Shown here: one piece after another, positions 30,542 to 39,753 of the stretch
How the letters are laid out: each line of letters opens with the position of its first letter
Numbering within the stretch: position 1 is the stretch's first letter
Virus record (IMG/VR): IMGVR_UViG_3300022555_000017
Location: 64,001-127,545 of that record
DNA length: 63,545 nt
Direction: 5' to 3' (one strand)
Origin: a virus
Taxonomy: Duplodnaviria; Heunggongvirae; Uroviricota; Caudoviricetes
The notes under the pieces: generated by a model
The model's database searches: none
Told to the model about the DNA's origin: nothing
The model's input: the letters and a program-made list of their open reading frames with translations, nothing else
Program-made: the position numbers and the translations under genes

Positions 30542-30576
30542 AATCCTCCTAAACTATTTAGTTATTTAGGAGGATT
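30542..30576 (-). promoter_or_regulatory. 12-bp perfect hairpin that sequesters the gp17 RBS, with CTAAATA late-like boxes in the 5' arm and loop
   Basis: Minus strand AATCCTCCTAAA taactaaatag TTTAGGAGGATT ttttATG. Confidence 0.75.
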
Positions 30577-30603
30577 ATGTATATTTTATAAATTGATTTA
30601 TAG

Positions 30604-32136
30604 TTAACTCTTTTTTGGCGGCCTTATAGTTGGGTTTGTGTCTATTTTTACTTCATATCTTTTATCGCCTATTGTAGTAGAAAGAACTACTGGTCTACCC
30701 CAAAGAGTATAAATATGCTCTAAAGTTTTTACTGTATTTAACTTATCCAACTCAATACCAGAAAAATCATGAGATAAATATAATGAGCCATCAAAATGAT
30801 GATTTCCATCTATTATATTTATTTTGGGAATACCACTATTAGAAAAACTATTTACAATCAGTTCCCTAATCTGAGCTGCTGTATGATCTGTTCTAACATA
30901 GTCTACAGTATTTGCATAATCTGCACTTGGGACTTCAGTATAAATATACATATCCAACTTATCAATGACATCTTCTGTAAGAAAATCCTGCATAAAGAAC
31001 CAATCTGTATATGTTCTCATTACATCCTTACACTTTTCAAAGCCACCCATTTCCTTTGTATCCCACTCTTCTTTTAACTTGTAATCACTACATTCCATAT
31101 ATTCTTTACCATGACGACCTTTATCCCATCTTTCCTCAATATGCTCCCACATACCAGAGCCAATAAGATACGGATTCATACTATATCTACTCATAGCTTT
31201 TACAAGTGAGTTGGAATAGTTATACTGCCCATGCTCTTCTGCTGTTAATAGTTCTTCATCAAATAGTTTATTCATAATCTTCTGATGAATGAATGTAGCC
31301 CAACCCTCATTCATATACCTTGACCTCATAATAGGCCAATAATACTGACCCTCAATTCTCAAGATTTCAAGAATGTCCTTCTGCCAATCTTCTAAAATGC
31401 GTGAGTTATCAATAATAAATCTAAGCAAATCTTCAGTAGGCTCAACAGGAATCTGCTGTTTCAGTTCTCTCCATAAACGATTATTCATTAAATCAATAGA
31501 CGCATCGTCAACAAAAGCATCAACAGATTTATGGGTATCTGTTAAATCACCAAAAGAAGATAGATTAGTAATCTTCCTTTTTTCTTTCATCTGATCAAAT
31601 ACACGCAACCTTTTTTCTTCTTCTGTTTCATTATCAAAAGGACTTGAATGAAACTGAATAGAATGCGCTGCATCTACAATCTTTTCAACCTCACCAATAC
31701 CATACATTCTTTCGTATTCATTAAATCGTTTAGAACCTTCCCTCATAACACTCATTATATCATTACGATTATTGATAAACCATTTACTTTCCGTAAAGAA
31801 ATTTGTATGGCCATAAACATGGGCAATAACCAATGCCTGTACTGCCAATGTATTACTATCCATTAAGTATGCTCTTGCAGGATTATCATGTATTACAACT
31901 TCATATGGTAGACTATCACCATATAAATCATAAAGTGTTTTATTCTTCTCATAATCTCGCCCATACTTCCAGTTAGATATATTTGTAGGAAGTCTATATG
32001 CCATAATCTCAAGCATCCTCTGAGGTGGGATAACATCAAACTCTACATCAACACTTTTCAACTTCATATCATCAAAAAGTATTTGTTTAATCCTGTCCTC
32101 AATTTTAATAAGTCTTTGTAAATTACCCTTTTCCAT
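30604..32136 (-). CDS. spoVR: SpoVR/YcgB family protein
   Basis: YEVVIHDNPARAYLMDSNTLAVQALVIAHVYGHTNFF, MNEGWATF, NPY-x2-G and terminal WGRPV-x-L. Confidence 0.95.
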   Translation of the reverse strand: MEKGNLQRLIKIEDRIKQILFDDMKLKSVDVEFDVIPPQRMLEIMAYRLPTNISNWKYGRDYEKNKTLYDLYGDSLPYEVVIHDNPARAYLMDSNTLAVQALVIAHVYGHTNFFTESKWFINNRNDIMSVMREGSKRFNEYERMYGIGEVEKIVDAAHSIQFHSSPFDNETEEEKRLRVFDQMKEKRKITNLSSFGDLTDTHKSVDAFVDDASIDLMNNRLWRELKQQIPVEPTEDLLRFIIDNSRILEDWQKDILEILRIEGQYYWPIMRSRYMNEGWATFIHQKIMNKLFDEELLTAEEHGQYNYSNSLVKAMSRYSMNPYLIGSGMWEHIEERWDKGRHGKEYMECSDYKLKEEWDTKEMGGFEKCKDVMRTYTDWFFMQDFLTEDVIDKLDMYIYTEVPSADYANTVDYVRTDHTAAQIRELIVNSFSNSGIPKINIIDGNHHFDGSLYLSHDFSGIELDKLNTVKTLEHIYTLWGRPVVLSTTIGDKRYEVKIDTNPTIRPPKKS

Positions 32137-33047
32137 TATGACATCCTTTCTATTAAATCGTTTATTTTATTTAAATAACATACCTTATCATCATACCAAT
32201 CTTGCTCTTTGATAACTAATAAATCTATATTTTTCTTTATACATTGTTTCTTCTTCATTTCGTCATACCATTTTGACTTATCACTAGAATGCCAATATTC
32301 ACCATTAAACTCTATTGCTTTTCTTACATCAGGTAAAAATATATCCAATTCAAGATTTTTACCCGTCCAATAGTTTTTTACTTGTGTTCTATCATTTTCT
32401 AAAATAGTACCCGAATAAATAGTTTTGACATATTCAGCAATTTCTTTTTCTGGTTTAGACCATCCTTTAACTAGAGCACATTCAGGGCATCCGCAATTTT
32501 GATTTTTAAAACGTCTAAAATACATTTTAAAAATATGTCCTTCAGGGCATTTCAACTCTAATATAGATGAATTGTTTTTATACTTGCCTGACAGCCACAC
32601 ATAATTTCTATCTTTAATATATTGCATAACATCTATTAATGATGCTCTTTGTATGATGCTTCTTCTTTTATTAAAACATTCCAAACATCTATGTCCTTGC
32701 TGAAAGTCATTAAATCTTTTTTTAAATATATGACCTTCAGGACATTGTAGTTCTAATATAGAAAAGGCATTTATATATTCACCAGATAACCATTTAAAGC
32801 TAAAATCTTCTATACGATTTTTAACATTAATATATTCTAATCTTTGACTATTACCTCTCATTTTATTATTACATTCAGGGCATCTATAACCTCTTTGAAA
32901 AACATTATATATTACTTTATAAATATGACCTTTTGGGCATTGTAGTTCTAATTTTTCTTTACTATTTTTGTATTCAGTAGATAGAAGTTTATAGTTGAAA
33001 CTTTCTATATAACTTTTAACTTCTTCTAATGTATACTTCCTATTCAT
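32136..33047 (-). CDS. Free-standing putative homing endonuclease: three zinc-finger repeats plus PD-(D/E)XK domain
   Basis: CPKGH/CPEGH...RCPEC units; LELDIFLPDVRKAIEFNGEYWH; paralog of 22460..23344. Confidence 0.82.
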   Translation of the reverse strand: MNRKYTLEEVKSYIESFNYKLLSTEYKNSKEKLELQCPKGHIYKVIYNVFQRGYRCPECNNKMRGNSQRLEYINVKNRIEDFSFKWLSGEYINAFSILELQCPEGHIFKKRFNDFQQGHRCLECFNKRRSIIQRASLIDVMQYIKDRNYVWLSGKYKNNSSILELKCPEGHIFKMYFRRFKNQNCGCPECALVKGWSKPEKEIAEYVKTIYSGTILENDRTQVKNYWTGKNLELDIFLPDVRKAIEFNGEYWHSSDKSKWYDEMKKKQCIKKNIDLLVIKEQDWYDDKVCYLNKINDLIERMS

Positions 33048-34390
33048 TATGCCTTCCTTTCAAACAAAATATGCTTAATTGCACTATAAATATGGGATTT
33101 ATTTCTAATCTCACACATCACAAAATGATTAGCGTCATCCTTATAGAAGTTCGTGCCATTTTCCGTAGTCATAGCAAATTTAAATGTCTTAATATATTCC
33201 TTTAACAATGTATTTGGCGACCATCCGGCTCCATAAACAGGACTAAATGAATTATCCTCATCTTCAACACCATTTACTTCGCAATAAGCTAACATATTCA
33301 CACTCTTATTTAACATTTCCTTTGTTGATTTCATTGTTCTATCAAAGTTAAAATCTTCACCATCAGATGCGTAGATTACATATCTATTCCATGCTTCTTC
33401 AGGGTATTCAGTATCTAATGCGTAGTTAGCCAAATCAAATGCTGTATGGCAGTTAGTTCCGCCAGATTCACCCTTCTTAAAAAATTCGTCCTCAGAGACA
33501 AACTGAGCCTCTGTAGTATGAGTAATAAACCTAATCACAACATTATCATATGACTTCTTCAAAAACTCATTTATCCAAAACAATAATGACCTTACAAGAT
33601 ACTTCTTATTACTATCCATAGAACCTGATGTATCAATCATTGCGATAATAACGCAGTTAGATAGTGGTGTCATCTGTTCTTCTGGTACTCTAAACCTTAA
33701 ATCATCATCTTCGATATACAACTGCTCTGGATCAATAGAACGATCCAATATATTATTCTTTATGATTAAAATAGCTTCTTCCAAATCGCCAAAAGATTGA
33801 ACCAATGCCTGTGAAGCCTCTGTTTCAGTACAACCAGTATCTTCCATTATTTCTTTAATGAAAAGGCTAGTTCGTAACATTGTTTCTTTTAAAGTCTTTT
33901 TCTTATGTAGTCTAGGCTGAATACCTATCTTAGATGTAGTTTCAAACTTCCAGCCAGTAGGAACTAGCATACTTTTATCAGATGTTTTTTCTTCAATGTA
34001 TGGTAGACCCAAGTCCTCAAACATTAACTGAATGATTTGTTCAATATCAATTTCAGTTTCCATATAATCTTCACCCATCTGATCACCTGGCTCATCACTA
34101 CCACCGTCACTCTTTACTTTCCTTCTACCGATTACATCACCTGGCTTTCCTTCACCTTGTCCCACACCGCCAGAACCTTCGTCATTTCTACCATAGACAA
34201 AACGATAGTCCTTAAGACCCTTAATAGGAACCTTTACTTTACCATTCTTTCCTTTAGTAATAATGGATTCTTCACCAATAATGTCCTTAACTTGGCCTCT
34301 AATAACAGCATCAACTTTTTGTCTATGCCTTTCAGCATCCTTTTTTCCTTTCTCAGAAAACTGCCAATCACCATCAGCTACTATTGTCAT
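33047..34390 (-). CDS. yeaH: YeaH/YhbH (DUF444) vWA-domain protein
   Basis: RHRQKV...VKVPIKGLKDYRF-x-YG...GQGEGKPGDVI...EDLGLP; MIDAS-like MIDTSGSM; ESGGT; Y-x-SDGED. Confidence 0.93.
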   Translation of the reverse strand: MTIVADGDWQFSEKGKKDAERHRQKVDAVIRGQVKDIIGEESIITKGKNGKVKVPIKGLKDYRFVYGRNDEGSGGVGQGEGKPGDVIGRRKVKSDGGSDEPGDQMGEDYMETEIDIEQIIQLMFEDLGLPYIEEKTSDKSMLVPTGWKFETTSKIGIQPRLHKKKTLKETMLRTSLFIKEIMEDTGCTETEASQALVQSFGDLEEAILIIKNNILDRSIDPEQLYIEDDDLRFRVPEEQMTPLSNCVIIAMIDTSGSMDSNKKYLVRSLLFWINEFLKKSYDNVVIRFITHTTEAQFVSEDEFFKKGESGGTNCHTAFDLANYALDTEYPEEAWNRYVIYASDGEDFNFDRTMKSTKEMLNKSVNMLAYCEVNGVEDEDNSFSPVYGAGWSPNTLLKEYIKTFKFAMTTENGTNFYKDDANHFVMCEIRNKSHIYSAIKHILFERKA

Positions 34391-34418
34391 ATGAATCCTC
34401 TTTTCTATATTTTAAGTT

Positions 34419-34447
34419 ATTATATCATATAACTTGTTATTTGTCAA
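34419..34447 (-). promoter_or_regulatory. Consensus sigma70 promoter TTGACA-17-TATAAT upstream of yeaH
   Basis: Minus strand TTGACAaataacaagttatatgaTATAAT; -35 at 34447-34442 and -10 at 34424-34419; GAGGA RBS follows. Confidence 0.82.
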
Positions 34448-35072
34448 TAACCAATTTTTCCAAATATTCGTTAAACATACTCTCATAATCTTCTTCATGC
34501 TTTTTTATAGAATAATGGCAGTTTTCACATAAAGTCACACCATTATTTTTATTATATATTAAATCTCTATATAATGCAAATCTTTTAATATGGTGTGCTT
34601 GTAACTTATATCCTCTTTCATTACACATAACACAAGTATAGTTATCCCTTTCAAATACAGATGTTCTCCATTCCTTATATTCTTTAGAACAATATATCTT
34701 AGTATTTTCTGAAGTTATACCACCCTTCCAATTACCATTTAATTCACCTATTCTTTTTGAACTATTTAATGCACATTTTGCTTTGAAATCATCATTCATT
34801 TTTTTACCTAAATTTGCTTGACTGATTTTCTTAGCAGTTTCTTCCGATATACCATACATTGCATTTCTTTTTTTAGCATTACACGAAAAAGAACAACAAC
34901 AACCTTTATTACCACTACAATAAAAAAACTTTTCACCACATACTTCACAAGGAGCATCACTTAAAATATATACAGTCATTCTCCAAGGATTTTCAGCTGT
35001 CGGATTATCTTTATACCATTTACCTGTTTTTTCATTAAATCTTAATACTTTTAATCCTTCTTCATACTTCAT
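34437..35072 (-). CDS. HNH endonuclease with NUMOD3-like region; start probably ATG at 35072 rather than TTG at 35090
   Basis: NGNWKGG...WRTSVFERDNYTCVMC...AHHIK...NGVTLCENCH; GGAGGT RBS upstream of the 35072 ATG. Confidence 0.88.
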   Translation of the reverse strand: MKYEEGLKVLRFNEKTGKWYKDNPTAENPWRMTVYILSDAPCEVCGEKFFYCSGNKGCCCSFSCNAKKRNAMYGISEETAKKISQANLGKKMNDDFKAKCALNSSKRIGELNGNWKGGITSENTKIYCSKEYKEWRTSVFERDNYTCVMCNERGYKLQAHHIKRFALYRDLIYNKNNGVTLCENCHYSIKKHEEDYESMFNEYLEKLVIDK

Positions 35073-35078
35073 AAATAA

Positions 35079-35118
35079 AAATACCTCCAATAAAATTTCC
35101 TTACTGAAGGTATTTATA
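35079..35118 (-). promoter_or_regulatory. Late box TATAAATA (35118-35111) overlapping the 5' arm of a hairpin that pairs with the HNH RBS
   Basis: AAATACCT (35115-35108) is complementary to AGGTATTT (35086-35079), which overlaps the GGAGGT RBS. Confidence 0.65.
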
Positions 35119-35162
35119 TATTTCCTTTGTTGGGGAAACTATGTTGATTTTTCCGTACTATA

Positions 35163-37118
35163 TCACTCCTTGCGCAAAATTTCTCCAACGAAACTTAACA
35201 GGATTTTGGCACATTCCTCACAATAGCCATTCTTCTTCAATCGTTCAATAACAGTAGTCCTACGAGCTTTAGACTTCAAATCTGTACTAGACTTGTCTGC
35301 GATTGTCAAACTTACAACATTCTTCAAATCGGACATAAGTTTCTTCTCAATAGCTGTTCTCAACGGGTCATAGTCTTTGAAAGTAAACTCCTTACCTCTT
35401 TCAAGCTGAGAAGATTTATACACGAAAATACCCTGTCTAAACTCTGTCTTAGCATTTACTGGAACACTGATAAACTCTTCAATCTGCCTCATCAACTTTT
35501 CATCAGGGTCGGAATACTCGCCGGTAATAGAATCCATTACCTTCTCTTTCTTACAATAAGCCGAAGCGTTTAACAAATAGTTATCAAACAAAGATTGTGC
35601 CTGCTCTTCATATGCCGACATAAAAGACATATTTACTTCTTTCTTTGCAATCTCTTTATACTCAGAGCTTACAGACTCTTTTTCAGAAAGTAAAAGATTA
35701 ATAAAACGCTTCCTATCTTCTTCAGAAATACCAATGTGATGATCAAAGTTGGACTTCAAACCTCTAATAATATCAATAGGATTAATACATTTCTTATCCT
35801 CTTTCATACCAAGAGAAATGTTAATGGCGTTAATAATAAATCTCGGAGAAATACCACTCATGCCTTCACCCTTCTCACGGCCTTCCTGTAGAAGTTGTTT
35901 AACATCAAGATTCTGCTTCCTCATTTCTTCAGTAATCTCACCATTATAAATCTTCATCTTATCCAATAGAGAGTTTACCTTAGCTGTGGGAATAAGGCGA
36001 GAAAGAATAGCAAACTGTGCCGCAACCCTTAATGTATTAGGTGCGATATGAATACCTCTAAAAGAAGATTCACCAATCATCTTTTCATAAATCTTAACCT
36101 CATCATCAATTTTAAGATTCCAAGGAACCATTACAGGATACATTCTATCATGTAGTGCTTCATTCTTCTTATCAGACTTAAATGTATCAAACTCTGTCTG
36201 GTTAGTATGACTCAAAACCAAAGTATCAATATACATCTGAGGAAAGCCTGGTGTTTTAATAAGTTGTTCCTGTGCTACTGTAATAAATACATACAGAAGT
36301 TTAGTATCAACTTTAATCATTTCAATCATTTCAATCATACCACCATTAGCTACCTGCAACTCACCATTAAACTGATATGCTCTTGGGTCTGTTTCACCAT
36401 AACGAGTAATCTTAGAAAGATTTACTCTACCAATAAGTTCGGAAATATCCTGACTCTTAGGATCGGAAGGTGAAAATGTTGCAATACCAACACGGTCATG
36501 CTCAGATAATGCAATCTTCTCTACCAAAACATTTTCCCATTGTACATTGCCATCTTCAGACATATAGTTTGCTTCAATATTCTGTTTGCATACAGGACAT
36601 AATGTTCCTTCAATCTGAACACCTAGTTCCTTTTCCCAATATGGCCTATCAACTTCAGGAATCAAATGTAATGGTTCCTCATGAATTGGGCAATCCTTAA
36701 TTGCGTACTTAGGTGTCTTATCTCTTTCCAAACCCTTTTTAATCAAGGAAGCGATTGTTGATTTACCAGAACTAACTGGGCCAACCATGATCAAAATACG
36801 TTTTCCTGTTTCTGTTCTATGAGAGGCTGCTTTCAAGAAACGCATCAAATCATGAATAGGCTCAAGAGTACCATAAATCTTCTTATCAAAAAACTTATAA
36901 CGAACCAAATCTTCATAACTTCTTGTCTTGAATGCATCATCAACAGGTTCTGTGCCATAAGACATGATCATATTATAAATACGACCCGGCGCAAATTGTG
37001 CGATATAAGGATTTTCTTTTACAAAATTAAAGTAATCAAGACAAGTGCCTTCCCATTTATTGTTTTCCTTTTTACTTCTCTGCTCAAGAATCACATTCCT
37101 AAAATCAACATTATTCAT
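35163..37118 (-). CDS. prkA: PrkA/YeaG family AAA+ serine kinase-like protein; start probably ATG at 37118
   Basis: ILIMVGPVSSGKST (Walker A), CPIHEEPLHLIP, SPSDPKSQDISEL-x-G, DPRAYQFNGEL-x2-ANGG and HTNQTEF; GAAGGAG RBS before 37118. Confidence 0.96.
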   Translation of the reverse strand: MNNVDFRNVILEQRSKKENNKWEGTCLDYFNFVKENPYIAQFAPGRIYNMIMSYGTEPVDDAFKTRSYEDLVRYKFFDKKIYGTLEPIHDLMRFLKAASHRTETGKRILIMVGPVSSGKSTIASLIKKGLERDKTPKYAIKDCPIHEEPLHLIPEVDRPYWEKELGVQIEGTLCPVCKQNIEANYMSEDGNVQWENVLVEKIALSEHDRVGIATFSPSDPKSQDISELIGRVNLSKITRYGETDPRAYQFNGELQVANGGMIEMIEMIKVDTKLLYVFITVAQEQLIKTPGFPQMYIDTLVLSHTNQTEFDTFKSDKKNEALHDRMYPVMVPWNLKIDDEVKIYEKMIGESSFRGIHIAPNTLRVAAQFAILSRLIPTAKVNSLLDKMKIYNGEITEEMRKQNLDVKQLLQEGREKGEGMSGISPRFIINAINISLGMKEDKKCINPIDIIRGLKSNFDHHIGISEEDRKRFINLLLSEKESVSSEYKEIAKKEVNMSFMSAYEEQAQSLFDNYLLNASAYCKKEKVMDSITGEYSDPDEKLMRQIEEFISVPVNAKTEFRQGIFVYKSSQLERGKEFTFKDYDPLRTAIEKKLMSDLKNVVSLTIADKSSTDLKSKARRTTVIERLKKNGYCEECAKILLSFVGEILRKE

Positions 37119-37584
37119 CTTTCTCTCCTTCAATTAGTTTAGCATCTATTAATTTTTTATCAACTTTTAACATTCTTAATATTGTTTCTCTATCTGTTAC
37201 AATAATATTTTGATTTCTCACACCAGTATTCTTATCTAAGATTTTTAATTTCACTAGTGTTTCTTTTTCTTTTAATTCTAACATTTTTTCTTTCAAAAGT
37301 AAATCACAATTTTGCGTATTTTTTTTATTTATAATTTCAACCGCCGAATTAATATTTGCTACCATATAACTGGCAACTTCTACTAATCGTGCAGAGAACC
37401 CGCCTGAACCCATTTCAGATAATATTTGATCTAATATCTGATTAGCCTTTGATATATTTTTTTCCATTATATCATTTGGATTATTCACATCTACATCATT
37501 TGTTTGTGGTATACTATCATCAGGATTAAGTCTAAAATCCATACCAAACTCATCTGCTAAATTCTCTCTATCTAAATCAGGCAT
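37111..37584 (-). CDS. gp16: Probable terminase small subunit, gp16-like
   Basis: Helical core with SARLVEVASYMV (compare the PR-x-x-EV motif of gp16) and C-terminal NQNIIVTDRETILRML; size and position upstream of gp17 fit. Confidence 0.65.
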   Translation of the reverse strand: MPDLDRENLADEFGMDFRLNPDDSIPQTNDVDVNNPNDIMEKNISKANQILDQILSEMGSGGFSARLVEVASYMVANINSAVEIINKKNTQNCDLLLKEKMLELKEKETLVKLKILDKNTGVRNQNIIVTDRETILRMLKVDKKLIDAKLIEGEKDE

Positions 37585-38279
37585 CTTACACCTATTAACT
37601 CATTTATTTTGTTTAAACAACATAACTTATCATTATACCAATCTTTATCTTCTATAACTAATAAATTAATACCCTTTTGTATGCATTGCTTTTGTTTCAT
37701 TTCATCATACCATTTAGTTGTATCGTTTGAATGCCACCATGTTCCATTAAACTCTATTGCTTTAGAAAGTTCAGGTAAAAATATATCTAATTCAAGATTT
37801 TTACCAGTCCAAAAGTTCTTAATTTGTGTTCTGTCATTTTCTACAACATCACCAGAATAATTCTCTTTAACATATTCAGCAATTTCCTTTTCTGGCTTAG
37901 ACCATTTTAATACTGACGAACATTCAGGGCATCTTCTCCCTTGTTGAAAATGATTATATGATGCTTTATATATATGGTTTTCTGAACATTGCAATTCTAA
38001 TTTATCTTTACTACTTTTATAAATAGTTGATAATAATTTATATCCATTACATTCTATATATTCTTTAACACTTTTATATTCTAAATATTTACTATTACTA
38101 TAACATTCAGGGCATCTATTTCCTCTTTGAAAATTATTATATCTCATTTCAAATACATGACCGACAGAACATAATATTCTTAATTTAGTCAAAGCATTTT
38201 TATATTCTGTTGATAAAAGTTTATACTTATAACTTTCAATATCTTTTTTAACATAATCTATTAAATGCTTTCTATTCAC
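37572..38279 (-). CDS. Free-standing putative homing endonuclease: two zinc-finger repeats plus PD-(D/E)XK domain
   Basis: CSVGH and CSENH units; LELDIFLPELSKAIEFNGTWWH; GTG start with GAGGT RBS. Confidence 0.82.
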   Translation of the reverse strand: MNRKHLIDYVKKDIESYKYKLLSTEYKNALTKLRILCSVGHVFEMRYNNFQRGNRCPECYSNSKYLEYKSVKEYIECNGYKLLSTIYKSSKDKLELQCSENHIYKASYNHFQQGRRCPECSSVLKWSKPEKEIAEYVKENYSGDVVENDRTQIKNFWTGKNLELDIFLPELSKAIEFNGTWWHSNDTTKWYDEMKQKQCIQKGINLLVIEDKDWYNDKLCCLNKINELIGVRCLI

Positions 38280-38304
38280 TTTATTACCTCTTTATTATGT
38301 TTGT

Positions 38305-38333
38305 ATTATACCTTATATTTATACAAATGTCAA
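38305..38333 (-). promoter_or_regulatory. Consensus sigma70 promoter TTGACA-17-TATAAT with a late box TATAAATA nested in its spacer (38323-38316)
   Basis: Minus strand TTGACAtttgTATAAATAtaaggTATAAT. Confidence 0.82.
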
Positions 38334-38337
38334 GTAT

Positions 38338-39753
38338 TTATTTCATTACAAATTTTATATTACCACAATCATAGATTCTATCCCAACCTTGTTCTTGCAT
38401 TATATCCCATTCAGTTTGAGTATCTTGTGTAGCTAAATGCCTTATCTTATCTTTCCTAAAATTAAAACGATGTATTCTCTTTAGCACATCATACTTAAAA
38501 TACCAATAATTAGGTTCAGTTAAACTCACTTGTGTAAATCCAATTTTAGAATACACATTACCTTCCGACCACCGCCTATCAGCATATGAATAAATTTCAA
38601 CCCAACAATAATTTCTCTTAAAAAATTCTAATAACTTACCAGCAATGCCTATTATACTTTTAGATGTACAAAATCTACTTAATTCCCATACACCATCGAC
38701 ATTTTTAGACCCTTTTGATATATTACCTCTAGCAAAAGTCATTACAGAAACAAGTTCATCATTATAGTATGCACCTAATTTTATAGATGATGGTGTATAA
38801 CCCTGTATATGGTATAATTCAATAAAAGACTTTGCTATAGTTGTTTCTATTTCTCTTATAATGCACTTCCTTGCGTAAAGTTTTTCATCTGATAAACCTA
38901 TTATATGCTTTAATCTGTCCTTTACAATATCATTTTTAAATAACCATTCATCTTCAAAAATAGTTATTAATCTATATCCCTGTTCATTACATAGTTCCAA
39001 TTTTTTAAGATGATATTTTTTATCTGGCTTCTTTAAATTACCATGCCAATATAAACCACAATATTCTATAGCGATTTTTTTATCTGGTATTACTATATCT
39101 AGTTCTAAAGGTCTTATTATTTTTCTATCATTACATATAATACTTAAATTAAAAGTTTGTATATATTCTAATATTTCTTTTTCAGCATTAGAAATTGACA
39201 TAGAGCATTCATAACATCTATGCCCCTGCTTAAAATCATTCCAAATCTGCCATCTATCATGCCCATTATTACAAATATATCTAACTTTAAAATTTTCACC
39301 TTTTATATTTCCACTTTTTTCTATATATTCATAATCAGCATCTTTTAAAGCATTTATAATATCATTTTCTTTTGTAGATGAACTAATGGACTTTTTTAAT
39401 CTCGTATCTTCATTTTTCATGGGGTTATTAATACTTAAATTTAATTTTCTTTCTATATTACCAGACCATGATTTTTTTGTAGCGGACGAAATTTTTTCAC
39501 TCATACTTTCTCTATATTCATTATCAGCCCATCGCAACTTAGATGAGATAGATTGTTTTTCTTTTACATCTTCTCTATTAGCTGTATGTCTGTTTCTACA
39601 TGGCCTGCAAAAATGGCCATCATTCTGTTTTAAATATATTCTATACTGCTGTTGAACTTCAATACCACAAATATCGCAGTTAAAAATAATTTCCTTATGA
39701 CTCCCACTCTTTAATAAAGATACATCACCATTGTCTACTCTTCTTATTAGCAT
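38338..39753 (-). CDS. Hef-like putative homing endonuclease (zinc finger, PD-(D/E)XK, C-terminal GNAT-like region)
   Basis: LELDIVIPDKKIAIEYCGLYWH, then LYARKC...HIQG...WELSRFC...SYADRRWS-x-G-x-VY...PNYWY. Confidence 0.8.
   Translation of the reverse strand: MLIRRVDNGDVSLLKSGSHKEIIFNCDICGIEVQQQYRIYLKQNDGHFCRPCRNRHTANREDVKEKQSISSKLRWADNEYRESMSEKISSATKKSWSGNIERKLNLSINNPMKNEDTRLKKSISSSTKENDIINALKDADYEYIEKSGNIKGENFKVRYICNNGHDRWQIWNDFKQGHRCYECSMSISNAEKEILEYIQTFNLSIICNDRKIIRPLELDIVIPDKKIAIEYCGLYWHGNLKKPDKKYHLKKLELCNEQGYRLITIFEDEWLFKNDIVKDRLKHIIGLSDEKLYARKCIIREIETTIAKSFIELYHIQGYTPSSIKLGAYYNDELVSVMTFARGNISKGSKNVDGVWELSRFCTSKSIIGIAGKLLEFFKRNYCWVEIYSYADRRWSEGNVYSKIGFTQVSLTEPNYWYFKYDVLKRIHRFNFRKDKIRHLATQDTQTEWDIMQEQGWDRIYDCGNIKFVMK

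Noticed and set aside
30604-32136. spoVR and prkA as proof of a spore-forming host
   Set aside because: The triad also occurs in non-sporulating bacteria such as E. coli, so the host cannot be inferred from it.
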